Below the pieces are notes generated by a model that worked only from the letters and a program-made list of their open reading frames with translations, made no database searches and was not told where the DNA came from. This document shows, in pieces, positions 28,992 to 38,151 of a DNA stretch of 64,000 nt. The stretch lies in the NCBI GenBank assembly GCA_019058365.1, contig JAHPZE010000005.1, forward strand, positions 128,001-192,000, in the 5' to 3' direction. How positions within the stretch are numbered: position 1 is the stretch's first letter; the number at the start of each line of letters is the position of its first letter. Source of the DNA: Promethearchaeota archaeon (lineage in GTDB: Archaea > Asgardarchaeota > Lokiarchaeia > Sigyniarchaeales > SOKP01). Position numbers and translations under genes: made by a program.

Positions 28992-31967
28992 ATGGATATA
29001 AGAAATTTTCTATATAGGTTAAGAAAACGAATAAATCTACAATTTCTCAAACATTCTTGGCTTGATCTCAAGCGAGATAAAACTAAAGTTATATTCGGGA
29101 TAAGTGGTATCGCAATTTCATTATTTTTATTGACTGTTATTGGAATGTTAAATGATACAGTGAATTATAATTATCTTTTATATGTTACTTCAACAACAGG
29201 AAAATCTGATATTATGATTACACGTACAATTCAGACCGATTTAACGTTTGATCCTTTCTATGATGAAGACATTATAAATAATGAATTAAAGGATATTGAG
29301 GGCGTTGATGAACTATTTCCCCGAATTATGATGTTAGTAACATGTACTTCAGAAAATATTAACACAAGCGGTACCTTACAATTTTATGGTCTTGATTTTA
29401 TAAAGGAAGCTGAAAATGGTAACCTGGGAGATTTATTTATAGTTGATGATGAAGGAAAAGAAACCAATGAAGTTTATGATGATGAACCAGATGATGGTGA
29501 ATGTGTAATATTATTAAATGTAGCAGAGATCCTTAATGTTACCAGGGGCGATATAATACACTTAGAATATCAAAATTATGAATTAAATTTAACTGTTGCT
29601 GAAATTTGTATTCAAAATCTTAGATTTATGCAATTCGAAACTTCTTTAATTCTTGTTAATTTACAACAAGCTCAAGAATTTTTGCAAAGAGAAAATCAAA
29701 TAAATTTTATAGTCGGAACAATTAAAAATCCTAAAATTGTCTATGATGCTAGTGATTTAACGTTAACAACAAGAAGACTTCGAATAATCGGTACAAGGGT
29801 ACAAGAAAGGTTGGATCTAAACGAATTTTCCATAAGTTTACCAAAATTAGACGAACTTGAAAGTGGTCAATTTATGCTAATGATGGTAACAATAATATTT
29901 TGGTTTATCATAATTCTTTCAATGCTTATAACAGGTATTTTAATAAATAGCATACTTTCTACTTCGGCTGAAGAGCGCGTGCGTGAATTTGGAATTGTTC
30001 GAGTGGTTGGGAGTAAAAAAATATATCCTATGAAAATGGTTTTATTTGAAGGGGTTATGTTAGGGGTGTTTGGATCGATTATCGGAATGATACTTGGATT
30101 TGCATTGATGAGACCTATAGCACAATCCATATTTCCTATGTATCACTTTCAATTTGAGTTTGCTGACGTAGAATGGGTCATTCAACCTGATACACTCATT
30201 TTAACCTTTTCAATAGGTATATTAGTGTCCTTAGGAGTAGCTTTAATACCTGCTCTTAGAACTGCAAGGGTTGATCTAATTAAATCTATTACTCCTTTTC
30301 AAACTAAAGAAGAAGGTTGGGAAATTAAAAAAGAAGGGAGTATGAATGTTAAAAGTTTTCTTGCGGGAATTTCGATCGCTACTATTGGGATGATAGTCTT
30401 TGTCTTACTACCAAATATCTTTGTCACTGGTGATTATATGTTAACAAATGGACTTTTTATCGGTTTACTTGCTGCTATAGTAATCGGGTTAGTATTTGCT
30501 TCAGTTGGAATAATACCACTAATTCAGAGAATTTTTTTAGGAGTAATTTCACCGGCTATAAAAAAGTATAGTAGTATCATTGGCATTTCCTTAAAGCGTT
30601 ATAGAAGACGTAATACTAGTACTGTTGTTATGTTTGCTATTAGTTTTTCATTTATTTTTTTCCTTACAAGCGTTACTAAAATGCAATCAGCTAATACAGC
30701 ACTAAATTTAAAATTTCAATACGGGTCAGATTTAGTTTTAATGAATCAAGAATTATATAGTCCTGAGAGTGCTCTTACTCTTGAAATGGCTGATGAATTA
30801 AAAGAATTAGCGGGAGTGGATAAATTAGCGATTTCACTTCATAATACATTCGATCTTCAAGCCACACTAGCAGCGATGTTTGAAGTTAGTGAAGGACAAG
30901 TAGGTTTTTCGGGTGGATCATCAGAAGAAATGATGATGGGTATGTTTCAATTCTATACAACTCAAGAAGAGATAAAATTCAAAACTACAGCAGGAGATAT
31001 AATGGATTTTGATGTCGTGGATGCTGGATTTATAGGTATTAATGAAGATTTTGTTGATTTAATTGATAAGAAATTATTAATATGGAAAAGTACTGGAAGT
31101 AGTACTTCATATTCTTTTAATGAATTATTTAATTATAATAATACATGTATTATAGCAAAATCTATTGCGAGTAGACTCGGTATCCAGGATGTAGGAGAAT
31201 ATGTACGAATAACGTTCTATGATCCAAAAATAGAAGATCATCCTGGGAATGTTACTCTATTTAGGGTTGTAGGAATCTCGGGAGGAATTCCTGGATTTTA
31301 TAATTTCCGAACTAATGAGATGTCAGCTAATGGAGGAGGTGTAATGGTCTCATTAGACAATTATATACGCCTAATGAAAATAAAGAATCCTGGAGAGAGT
31401 AATATGATTTTAGATAAAGTATTCATAAATTTGATTGATAATACAGAGGAAAATATTGAAGAAACTAAAGATGATATTCGTATAATGTATCAAGATAAAG
31501 ATATACTTATTGATGATGCAATTTCTAAAATAAACTTCATGGAATCGATGACTGAAAGACAGAGTTTTTTGATGGAGTTGATTCTGATGTTTACGATAAT
31601 AATAAGCATTTTTGGGTTAGTTAGTAGCATGTATGCAATTATATTGGAGAGAAAGTTTGAAATTGGAATCCTTCGGTCAATGGGTATGAAAGTTAGAAAT
31701 GTTAGAAATATGTTTTTAATTGAAAGTATGACTATTTTGCTCGCCGCAGGAATTATGGGGACCATTATTGGATCATATAGTGCATATCTCCTTCAAACAA
31801 CTATAAGCTTAATGACAGAGATGCCGGTGATCTTCACAATTCCTATGGATACATTACTCAGAGTTTTTATTTTATCAATCTCTTTTGCATTTCTAGGAAC
31901 TTATGTGATCTTAATCAAATATTTCTATAAGAAAACCATAATGGACATATTCCGCCAAACATTCTAA
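28992..31967 (+). CDS. FtsX/MacB-type ABC permease with two extracellular domains (paralog B)
   Basis: ERVREFGIVRVVG and ERKFEIGILRSMG motifs. Colinear with 17200..20202 (shared RRN.ST, YGSD and NGGV motifs). Confidence 0.9.
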   Translation: MDIRNFLYRLRKRINLQFLKHSWLDLKRDKTKVIFGISGIAISLFLLTVIGMLNDTVNYNYLLYVTSTTGKSDIMITRTIQTDLTFDPFYDEDIINNELKDIEGVDELFPRIMMLVTCTSENINTSGTLQFYGLDFIKEAENGNLGDLFIVDDEGKETNEVYDDEPDDGECVILLNVAEILNVTRGDIIHLEYQNYELNLTVAEICIQNLRFMQFETSLILVNLQQAQEFLQRENQINFIVGTIKNPKIVYDASDLTLTTRRLRIIGTRVQERLDLNEFSISLPKLDELESGQFMLMMVTIIFWFIIILSMLITGILINSILSTSAEERVREFGIVRVVGSKKIYPMKMVLFEGVMLGVFGSIIGMILGFALMRPIAQSIFPMYHFQFEFADVEWVIQPDTLILTFSIGILVSLGVALIPALRTARVDLIKSITPFQTKEEGWEIKKEGSMNVKSFLAGISIATIGMIVFVLLPNIFVTGDYMLTNGLFIGLLAAIVIGLVFASVGIIPLIQRIFLGVISPAIKKYSSIIGISLKRYRRRNTSTVVMFAISFSFIFFLTSVTKMQSANTALNLKFQYGSDLVLMNQELYSPESALTLEMADELKELAGVDKLAISLHNTFDLQATLAAMFEVSEGQVGFSGGSSEEMMMGMFQFYTTQEEIKFKTTAGDIMDFDVVDAGFIGINEDFVDLIDKKLLIWKSTGSSTSYSFNELFNYNNTCIIAKSIASRLGIQDVGEYVRITFYDPKIEDHPGNVTLFRVVGISGGIPGFYNFRTNEMSANGGGVMVSLDNYIRLMKIKNPGESNMILDKVFINLIDNTEENIEETKDDIRIMYQDKDILIDDAISKINFMESMTERQSFLMELILMFTIIISIFGLVSSMYAIILERKFEIGILRSMGMKVRNVRNMFLIESMTILLAAGIMGTIIGSYSAYLLQTTISLMTEMPVIFTIPMDTLLRVFILSISFAFLGTYVILIKYFYKKTIMDIFRQTF

Positions 31968-31994
31968 TAAATAAATTGAATATAAAAAGAAATA

Positions 31995-32585
31995 TTAATT
32001 CATATTTTCTTTTAGGAATCTAATGAATTTAATCCAAGCCAATCCTCTATGAGATATGCTATTTTTTTCTTCAGTTGTTAATTCCGCAAATGTCATACTG
32101 GGCATAACATTAGGTAAAAAAACAGGATCAAATCCAAAACCACCTGAACCTCTTATTGTTCGTGAGATTTTCCCTTGAATCTTCCCTTCAAAAAAGTAGT
32201 TTTTGTTATGGGGTTTAAAATAAAGAGCTATAACTGAAGTAAAATGAGCTTCAGTATTCTCAAAATCATCTATCAATCTCAATAATCCTTTATTACCAAT
32301 GGTTTTCATAATGTAGGAAGAATAAACTCCCGGGAAACCATTTAGGGGTGTATCAACAAAAAATCCAGCATCTTCTACGAAATATGTTCCATCTATTTGG
32401 CCTTTTATGCTATTTAATTTAAATGAAGCCACTTCTTTTATATTGATTGCCTGGATTTCTATTGTTTTAATATTATTTTGTTTTAAATTATATTTTACAT
32501 GTTCTTTTGAGAAAAGATCCAAAATCTCGTTAAATTTATACCCATTTCCAGTTACAAAATAGATCATATTTTCTTCTTGTTTCAT
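31995..32585 (-). CDS. rdgB: Non-canonical purine NTP pyrophosphatase (Ham1/RdgB)
   Basis: VTGN..K, EDAG, GFPGVYS, GFGFDPVF and KNSISHRG motifs. Confidence 0.95.
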   Translation of the reverse strand: MKQEENMIYFVTGNGYKFNEILDLFSKEHVKYNLKQNNIKTIEIQAINIKEVASFKLNSIKGQIDGTYFVEDAGFFVDTPLNGFPGVYSSYIMKTIGNKGLLRLIDDFENTEAHFTSVIALYFKPHNKNYFFEGKIQGKISRTIRGSGGFGFDPVFLPNVMPSMTFAELTTEEKNSISHRGLAWIKFIRFLKENMN

Positions 32586-32767
32586 AATTATTATAATTTT
32601 AAATAATTAATAATCAAAACTAATTGAGCAAGCAAGATTATATTGGATTTGTCTTTTACAACAACAAAATTACAAAATTTTATTTTGTATATTTCTTTAA
32701 TTATTTTAAATCGTTATATTTTTAATCTCAATATTAATCTGTAAAACACAGGAGAATTAAAAAAGAA

Positions 32768-33226
32768 ATGGCCCGGATGCACAGTAGAAAAAAGGGGAGT
32801 AGTGGGTCAACTAGACCTGCCAGATTGGAGAAACCAGAATGGATAGAACTCGCACCAGAGGAAGTTGAAAGCGAAGTAGTTAAACTGGCAAGAAGAGGAC
32901 ACTCAAAATCTATGATCGGAACAATAATGAGAGATTCTCGGGGTGTACCGCTAGTTAAAGTTGTAGCTGGTAAAAAAATTAGTCAGATTCTCAAAGAAAA
33001 TGAGATTGATACACCTTTGCCAGAAGAATTAGCAAATTTAGTACGAAAAGCCTTAGCTATAAGAAAACATCTCGAGTCAAATCATAAAGACTTAGAAGCG
33101 AAAAAAGGTCTTAATAGAACAGAATCGAAAATCTACCGATTAATAAAATACTACAAAAAGAAAAAGATAATGCCTCAAGATTTCAAATACGACGTTGAAA
33201 AGATAAGAACATTAGTAGCAAGATAA
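32768..33226 (+). CDS. rps15: Ribosomal protein uS15 (S15P/S13e)
   Basis: MARMHSRKKGSSGS start, IRKHLE.N.KD and ESKIYRL..YYK. Confidence 0.97.
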   Translation: MARMHSRKKGSSGSTRPARLEKPEWIELAPEEVESEVVKLARRGHSKSMIGTIMRDSRGVPLVKVVAGKKISQILKENEIDTPLPEELANLVRKALAIRKHLESNHKDLEAKKGLNRTESKIYRLIKYYKKKKIMPQDFKYDVEKIRTLVAR

Positions 33227-33240
33227 ATGGAGGATTTAAA

Positions 33241-34056
33241 GTGAGTTCAAAAGCAAGGAAAAAAAAAGTAAAAACAAAGAAAGTTACTTTCAAAGATAAA
33301 AACTGGTACTCTGTTGTAGCCAGTAAGAACTTTAACTTTAAACCTATTGGTGAAGTTATTGGTTTGGAAGATAATTTGATTGGAAGAACCCTAGAGACTT
33401 TATTATATGATTTTACGGGAAAATATTCTGATATAAGTTTAAAGTTAAAATTTCAAATTACAGATATCCATGAAGAAGCGAAAAAATGTAATACCGTATT
33501 CCAAGGTCATAGTTACACAAACGATTTTATTCGATCCCTTATTGGAAGGGGGAGCACAAAAATCCAGACGATAAAAAATTTAACAACAAAGGATGGATAT
33601 ATTTTTCGAATTACGATGTTATGTACTACTATAAAGAGAGCTAGAAGTAGTCAACAGATATTAATTAGAAAAATAATGAGAGAGATATTAGCAGAGTTCG
33701 CAAAAAGTTTAAATCATGAAAAATTTATTGCTGGAATCATTTTCGGTGAGTTTCAAAATCAAATTCAACGTGTTGCAAAAACAATATATCCATTATCCAA
33801 CGCCGTCTTAATTAAGAGCAAATTAGTTTCAATGCCTGAAGGAGGGAAGGATAAGGAAATTCCCGATGACCAATTTGAGATTGTAGAAGTTGATGTTAAA
33901 AGATCTAGAAAATCAGAAATTAAAAGATCTGAAAGAATTAACGTAAAAAAGTTAGCACAATCTTCAAATAGAACTCGAAGCGATAGTTCACAAGGGTTGG
34001 ACTCCCCTACAGAAGAAATTGATGATGAAGAATCGGAAGAACCTAGCCTTGAATAA
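33241..34056 (+). CDS. rps3ae: Ribosomal protein eS1 (S3Ae) with an acidic C-terminal tail
   Basis: K.WYSVVA, GRTLET.LYD.TG, TKDGY..R, SSQQ..IRKIM and IYPL motifs. Confidence 0.93.
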   Translation: MSSKARKKKVKTKKVTFKDKNWYSVVASKNFNFKPIGEVIGLEDNLIGRTLETLLYDFTGKYSDISLKLKFQITDIHEEAKKCNTVFQGHSYTNDFIRSLIGRGSTKIQTIKNLTTKDGYIFRITMLCTTIKRARSSQQILIRKIMREILAEFAKSLNHEKFIAGIIFGEFQNQIQRVAKTIYPLSNAVLIKSKLVSMPEGGKDKEIPDDQFEIVEVDVKRSRKSEIKRSERINVKKLAQSSNRTRSDSSQGLDSPTEEIDDEESEEPSLE

Positions 34057-34199
34057 TAATTTTTTTATATTTATACATAAGAAGCTTATTAATTTTTGAG
34101 AAAGAAGGTTTAATTTATGAAGATTAATCCATTAATTACATATATTAAGAATATTTTTTAAAATCCAAGTAATAAGTGTCTTATAATTAACTCTAATAA

Positions 34200-35957
34200 G
34201 TGGTAAATTTGTCTGCTCAAGAAGGAAATCGGAATAATCCATACGCTTTTGATGATTTTTTATTTGTTAGGAATCATTTTAATTATTATGAAGATGATGA
34301 GTTTCTACAAACTCTTGTTAAAAAATATGCCCCTATAGATGAGTATGCTAAAATTGATAGAGATCTTCGAGCTCTTTCAGATTATGTTTCGTTTAGATTT
34401 CGAAATCTTGCTGATAAAGCGAATGAACTTGAAAATAGGGTAAAAGTTACAAAGCTGAAACATTATGATGCTCATAATCATAGGATAGACCGCATTGAAC
34501 GATGTTTAGAGACTGAAATTTTAGAACGTGAAGTTTTCAGTCTTGGACTTTTTGATCCCGCGAGAAATACAGCATGGAGTAGATTTTTTAAAATGTTTTT
34601 GTTATATGAAAACGGAGAAGCAGGAGTTATGTGTCCTGTTGCATGTACCCATGGAGCTGTTGAACTGATGCAAAAATATGAAGATACTTTGAGTTCTGAA
34701 GCAAAAAATATCCTTACTTCCATTAGAGATGGTGCAAATGGTGAATACAGTTTAGGATCCCAATTTGTTAGTGAAATTCAGGGAGGAAGCGATGTGCCCG
34801 CGAACTTAGTTGAAGCTATATTTGAAGAAGAAGAAGGTCCAGATGGTTGTTCAAATGTGTGGCGTCTTTATGGTCAGAAGTTTTTTTGTTCTGCAATACA
34901 AGCAGATCATCAAATAGTAACTGCAAAACCCAAAGGAACTCAATCATCAACAAGAGTAGCAGCATTTGCTGTTCCTGCTTGGCTTCCAGGGAATAAAGAA
35001 AAAGAAATAAGAAATTCCTACACAATTGATAGACTTAAACAGAAATTAGGAACTGCTGAACTACCAACAGCAGAAATTACTTATAATGGTACTATAGCAT
35101 ACCCTGTAGGACCACTCGAAATGGGTCTTGCTGATATAGTTGGGATTGTTCTTTCTTTATCGAGACTCCATGTTGCTTTTGGAATGGCCTCAGGAGCGCT
35201 GCGAGTAGCAAGAGAAGCGATATTATATTCACAATTTAGAACTGCCTTTGATGTACCTATATCTTCCTTTCCAATGATGATAAATCAAATAAATGATTTA
35301 GATTATTATGCAAAAAGAACTGTTGCTGGTACTTTCAAAATCTATTATGAATACATTCATTTTAAAGAACATTTAGTTAGTGGGATTAGAGATTTAGAAA
35401 AGATTGAAAATCTTGAGGAGCGTAAACGCCGATTTAGATTACGTGAATTGATTATGCTCCAAAAAATCGTTGTAGCTGATGAAGCACCGAAAATGATAAG
35501 AAAAGCAATTTCCTTTTATGGGGGACATGGTATAATGGAAGATTTCTTATCATCGCCACGATTGCATCGCGATTCTATGATTATGGAATTGTGGGAAGGG
35601 CCAAGAAATGTACTTCTCACTCAAATTCATCGAGATTTCTCAAGAGTAAAAGATTGGTATCCTGCTGATGATTTTTGTAGAGATTTACTTATGGGGAGAG
35701 ATTCAGATCTTATTGAAGATTATGCATCAGTGTTTACCAGATTAATGTCTCATGACAGTCTTCTAAGAAATGATGAAGAAACTTTAAAAATTTGTCAAAA
35801 TTGGGAGGATTTTTCAAATAAACTCTTCATTGCATTTCAAGAACAAGCATTGATGGAACTTAATTATACTGGTAAACCATTAAAATTTTCGAGACTATTA
35901 CGAAAACTTAGAAAAAGAGATCTACCAAAAATGCTAGAAAAAATAAAAATTCAATGA
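34200..35957 (+). CDS. Acyl-CoA dehydrogenase family protein (AidB-like)
   Basis: CPVACT, SEIQGGSDV, GQKFFCSA, RLKQKLGT, R.AF, GGHGIMEDF and WEGPRNV motifs. Confidence 0.88.
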   Translation: MVNLSAQEGNRNNPYAFDDFLFVRNHFNYYEDDEFLQTLVKKYAPIDEYAKIDRDLRALSDYVSFRFRNLADKANELENRVKVTKLKHYDAHNHRIDRIERCLETEILEREVFSLGLFDPARNTAWSRFFKMFLLYENGEAGVMCPVACTHGAVELMQKYEDTLSSEAKNILTSIRDGANGEYSLGSQFVSEIQGGSDVPANLVEAIFEEEEGPDGCSNVWRLYGQKFFCSAIQADHQIVTAKPKGTQSSTRVAAFAVPAWLPGNKEKEIRNSYTIDRLKQKLGTAELPTAEITYNGTIAYPVGPLEMGLADIVGIVLSLSRLHVAFGMASGALRVAREAILYSQFRTAFDVPISSFPMMINQINDLDYYAKRTVAGTFKIYYEYIHFKEHLVSGIRDLEKIENLEERKRRFRLRELIMLQKIVVADEAPKMIRKAISFYGGHGIMEDFLSSPRLHRDSMIMELWEGPRNVLLTQIHRDFSRVKDWYPADDFCRDLLMGRDSDLIEDYASVFTRLMSHDSLLRNDEETLKICQNWEDFSNKLFIAFQEQALMELNYTGKPLKFSRLLRKLRKRDLPKMLEKIKIQ

Positions 35958-35979
35958 GAAATAGAGAGATATAGAAAAA

Positions 35980-36201
35980 AATTATATTTATCAATTCCAT
36001 TGTCGAAATATTCTTTAATTAAATCTTCTTTATACCCTACAATAAGTAAGATTTCTTCTATTCCAGCATCCTTTAAACCTTAATAGAATGTTCAAGTAAT
36101 GGTTTTTCAGCAATAGGTATTAATGGCTTAGGGCGAGTTGATGTAATAGGTCTTAACCTATTTCCTTCTCCCGCAGCAAGAATAACAGCTTTCTTGATTA
36201 T
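35980..36201 (-). pseudogene. Truncated, frameshifted sugar-phosphate nucleotidyltransferase (GlmU/RmlA-like N-terminus)
   Basis: The minus strand reads [40 protein letters not shown]. After a frameshift near 36081 it continues [28 protein letters not shown]. The start position is ATA and there is no C-terminal part. Confidence 0.85.
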
Positions 36202-36236
36202 TTATAAAAAAAGAGCATTATTCATATTTTAGGAGA

Positions 36237-37130
36237 TTAATTTATTTGGTCAAATCCTTTTACAACTTCATCAAGATAATATTTTAAATGTTTAAATGGT
36301 CTTAAATCTCCTGAAAATTCATTTTTAAAAGCCGAATCTAAAGCCATTTTTGACTTAAGTTGTTTAAAGACCGATTTTATTTTATAAAAATTACCAGTAG
36401 CTATGAAATCTATTGAATAACCATGAATATTTCCAAATAATATAACTTTTTTACTATTATGAGTTTCATCGTCGGTAGTATCATCTAAATGAATCTCTTT
36501 TATTTTTGTTTTAGCACGGATTTGGGTGTTCATAGAAATAGTTGCTAGTTTCGCTGAAAGATCTGAGCTAAATAATTCTATATTTTCAAAAGTTTTTTCT
36601 TTTTGTAAAGTACTCAATAGATTATTATCATATAACTGAGAAATAATTGGTAATCCTTGAGCAGAAATACCAGCATATAATATTGCATTTCCTCCATTAT
36701 TATTATCTTTATCATAAATAATTTCTTCTTCTAAAAGATCTAAATACTTGTCTTTTAAATACTCTATTATAAGATTAATAACTTGATTAAACGTAGGTTC
36801 TTCTGAAGTAAATTTTAACCGAGCAAGATCCTTGTATTGAGTTTTTACTTGATTGCGAAATTCTTTTAACATTTTAAAAGATTCCTGTGATCCTACGCTA
36901 AAATTACCTACACAACAAAAGAATAAATTTTGACCTGCGTTTGTAATAACGTGCTCAACGATAATGTGTTCTTTTTTTTTCTTACTTTTCAAACATATGT
37001 TTTTTAGTCGCCATCTAAAAAATTTCATGAGTTTTTCTACAAATAATACTATTTCGAATGCTTTGTATTTATTTTCATCTGAACAATATAGAACATCATT
37101 CTCTAAGATAATACTGAAAGAAGAGATCAT
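36237..37130 (-). CDS. Asgard-type protein with probable tandem longin/profilin-like domains
   Basis: Begins with two short beta-strand-like segments (ISSFSII..DVLY) and has an F..LKEF..QV..QY helix. A second unit starts ILYAGISAQGLPII. Fold is inferred only. Confidence 0.5.
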   Translation of the reverse strand: MISSFSIILENDVLYCSDENKYKAFEIVLFVEKLMKFFRWRLKNICLKSKKKKEHIIVEHVITNAGQNLFFCCVGNFSVGSQESFKMLKEFRNQVKTQYKDLARLKFTSEEPTFNQVINLIIEYLKDKYLDLLEEEIIYDKDNNNGGNAILYAGISAQGLPIISQLYDNNLLSTLQKEKTFENIELFSSDLSAKLATISMNTQIRAKTKIKEIHLDDTTDDETHNSKKVILFGNIHGYSIDFIATGNFYKIKSVFKQLKSKMALDSAFKNEFSGDLRPFKHLKYYLDEVVKGFDQIN

Positions 37131-37313
37131 GTAGAAAAACTTTAAGAAGTTAGCTTTTATGAATGTTAGAATTATTGAATATATTAATTTTTTTTGATTT
37201 CATGTAAAAAAAAATAAGTAAATTCTAGAAGATTGTATTAATTTAATCTATAAGTATAAATTTTATTAAAATTAAATACATTAACATCTTAAACATTATC
37301 ATTCAAATTAAAA

Positions 37314-38114
37314 ATGGATTCATTAGAACAGATAGAAAGAGAAAGTATTACTAAAGCTGCTGAATTACTCTTAAATTCTAAAAATGCAGTAGTATTAACT
37401 GGTGCGGGAATTTCAACAGAATCGGGAATTCCTGATTTTAGAGGAGAAAGTGGAATTTGGATGAAATATAAACCCAAAATTTATGGAAGTATACAGTCGT
37501 TTTTAAAAGATCCATCAAAATTTTGGAAAATGGCTGAAGATATTGCACCAACTTTATTCAGCGCAGAACCAAATCCTGGTCATTATGCAATTGCTGCTCT
37601 AGAGAAAATGAATATACTTAAAGCAATAATTACACAAAATATAGATGAATTACACCAAAAAGCAGGATCTATTATTATATATGAAGTGCATGGTAATATA
37701 AATAGATTTACTTGTTTAGGATGTCGCGCGAGTTATAATAAAGAACAAATAGTACGTAAGATAAAAAAGGAGAAAAATCCTGCATGTGATTATTGTGCAG
37801 CACCTTTAAAACCTTCAGTAGTATTATTTGGAGAAAATCTGCCTAATTTTGAAAAATATATGTCAATAGATTTAGCTAAGAAAGCAGATATTATGCTAAT
37901 AGCAGGATCGTCACTTACTGTGGCACCAGTATGTGATTTACCTCTTTATACTTTAAGTGAAGGAGGAAAATTAATAATTGTTAACGATCAACCAACCTAT
38001 TTAGATGATCGTGCTGAAATTGTGATCAATCATAAAACTGGAATTATTTTACCATTAATCGTGAAAGAAATTAAGAAAATTAAAGTAGAGCATGAATCTG
38101 AAACTGATATTTAA
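37314..38114 (+). CDS. cobB: Sir2-family NAD-dependent protein deacylase
   Basis: GAGISTESGIPDFRG, TQNIDELH, HG, two CxxC pairs and GSSLTV motifs. Confidence 0.93.
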   Translation: MDSLEQIERESITKAAELLLNSKNAVVLTGAGISTESGIPDFRGESGIWMKYKPKIYGSIQSFLKDPSKFWKMAEDIAPTLFSAEPNPGHYAIAALEKMNILKAIITQNIDELHQKAGSIIIYEVHGNINRFTCLGCRASYNKEQIVRKIKKEKNPACDYCAAPLKPSVVLFGENLPNFEKYMSIDLAKKADIMLIAGSSLTVAPVCDLPLYTLSEGGKLIIVNDQPTYLDDRAEIVINHKTGIILPLIVKEIKKIKVEHESETDI

Positions 38115-38151
38115 CCAATTTTTATAAAATTAGTTTTTAAAGTTTTTTTAT

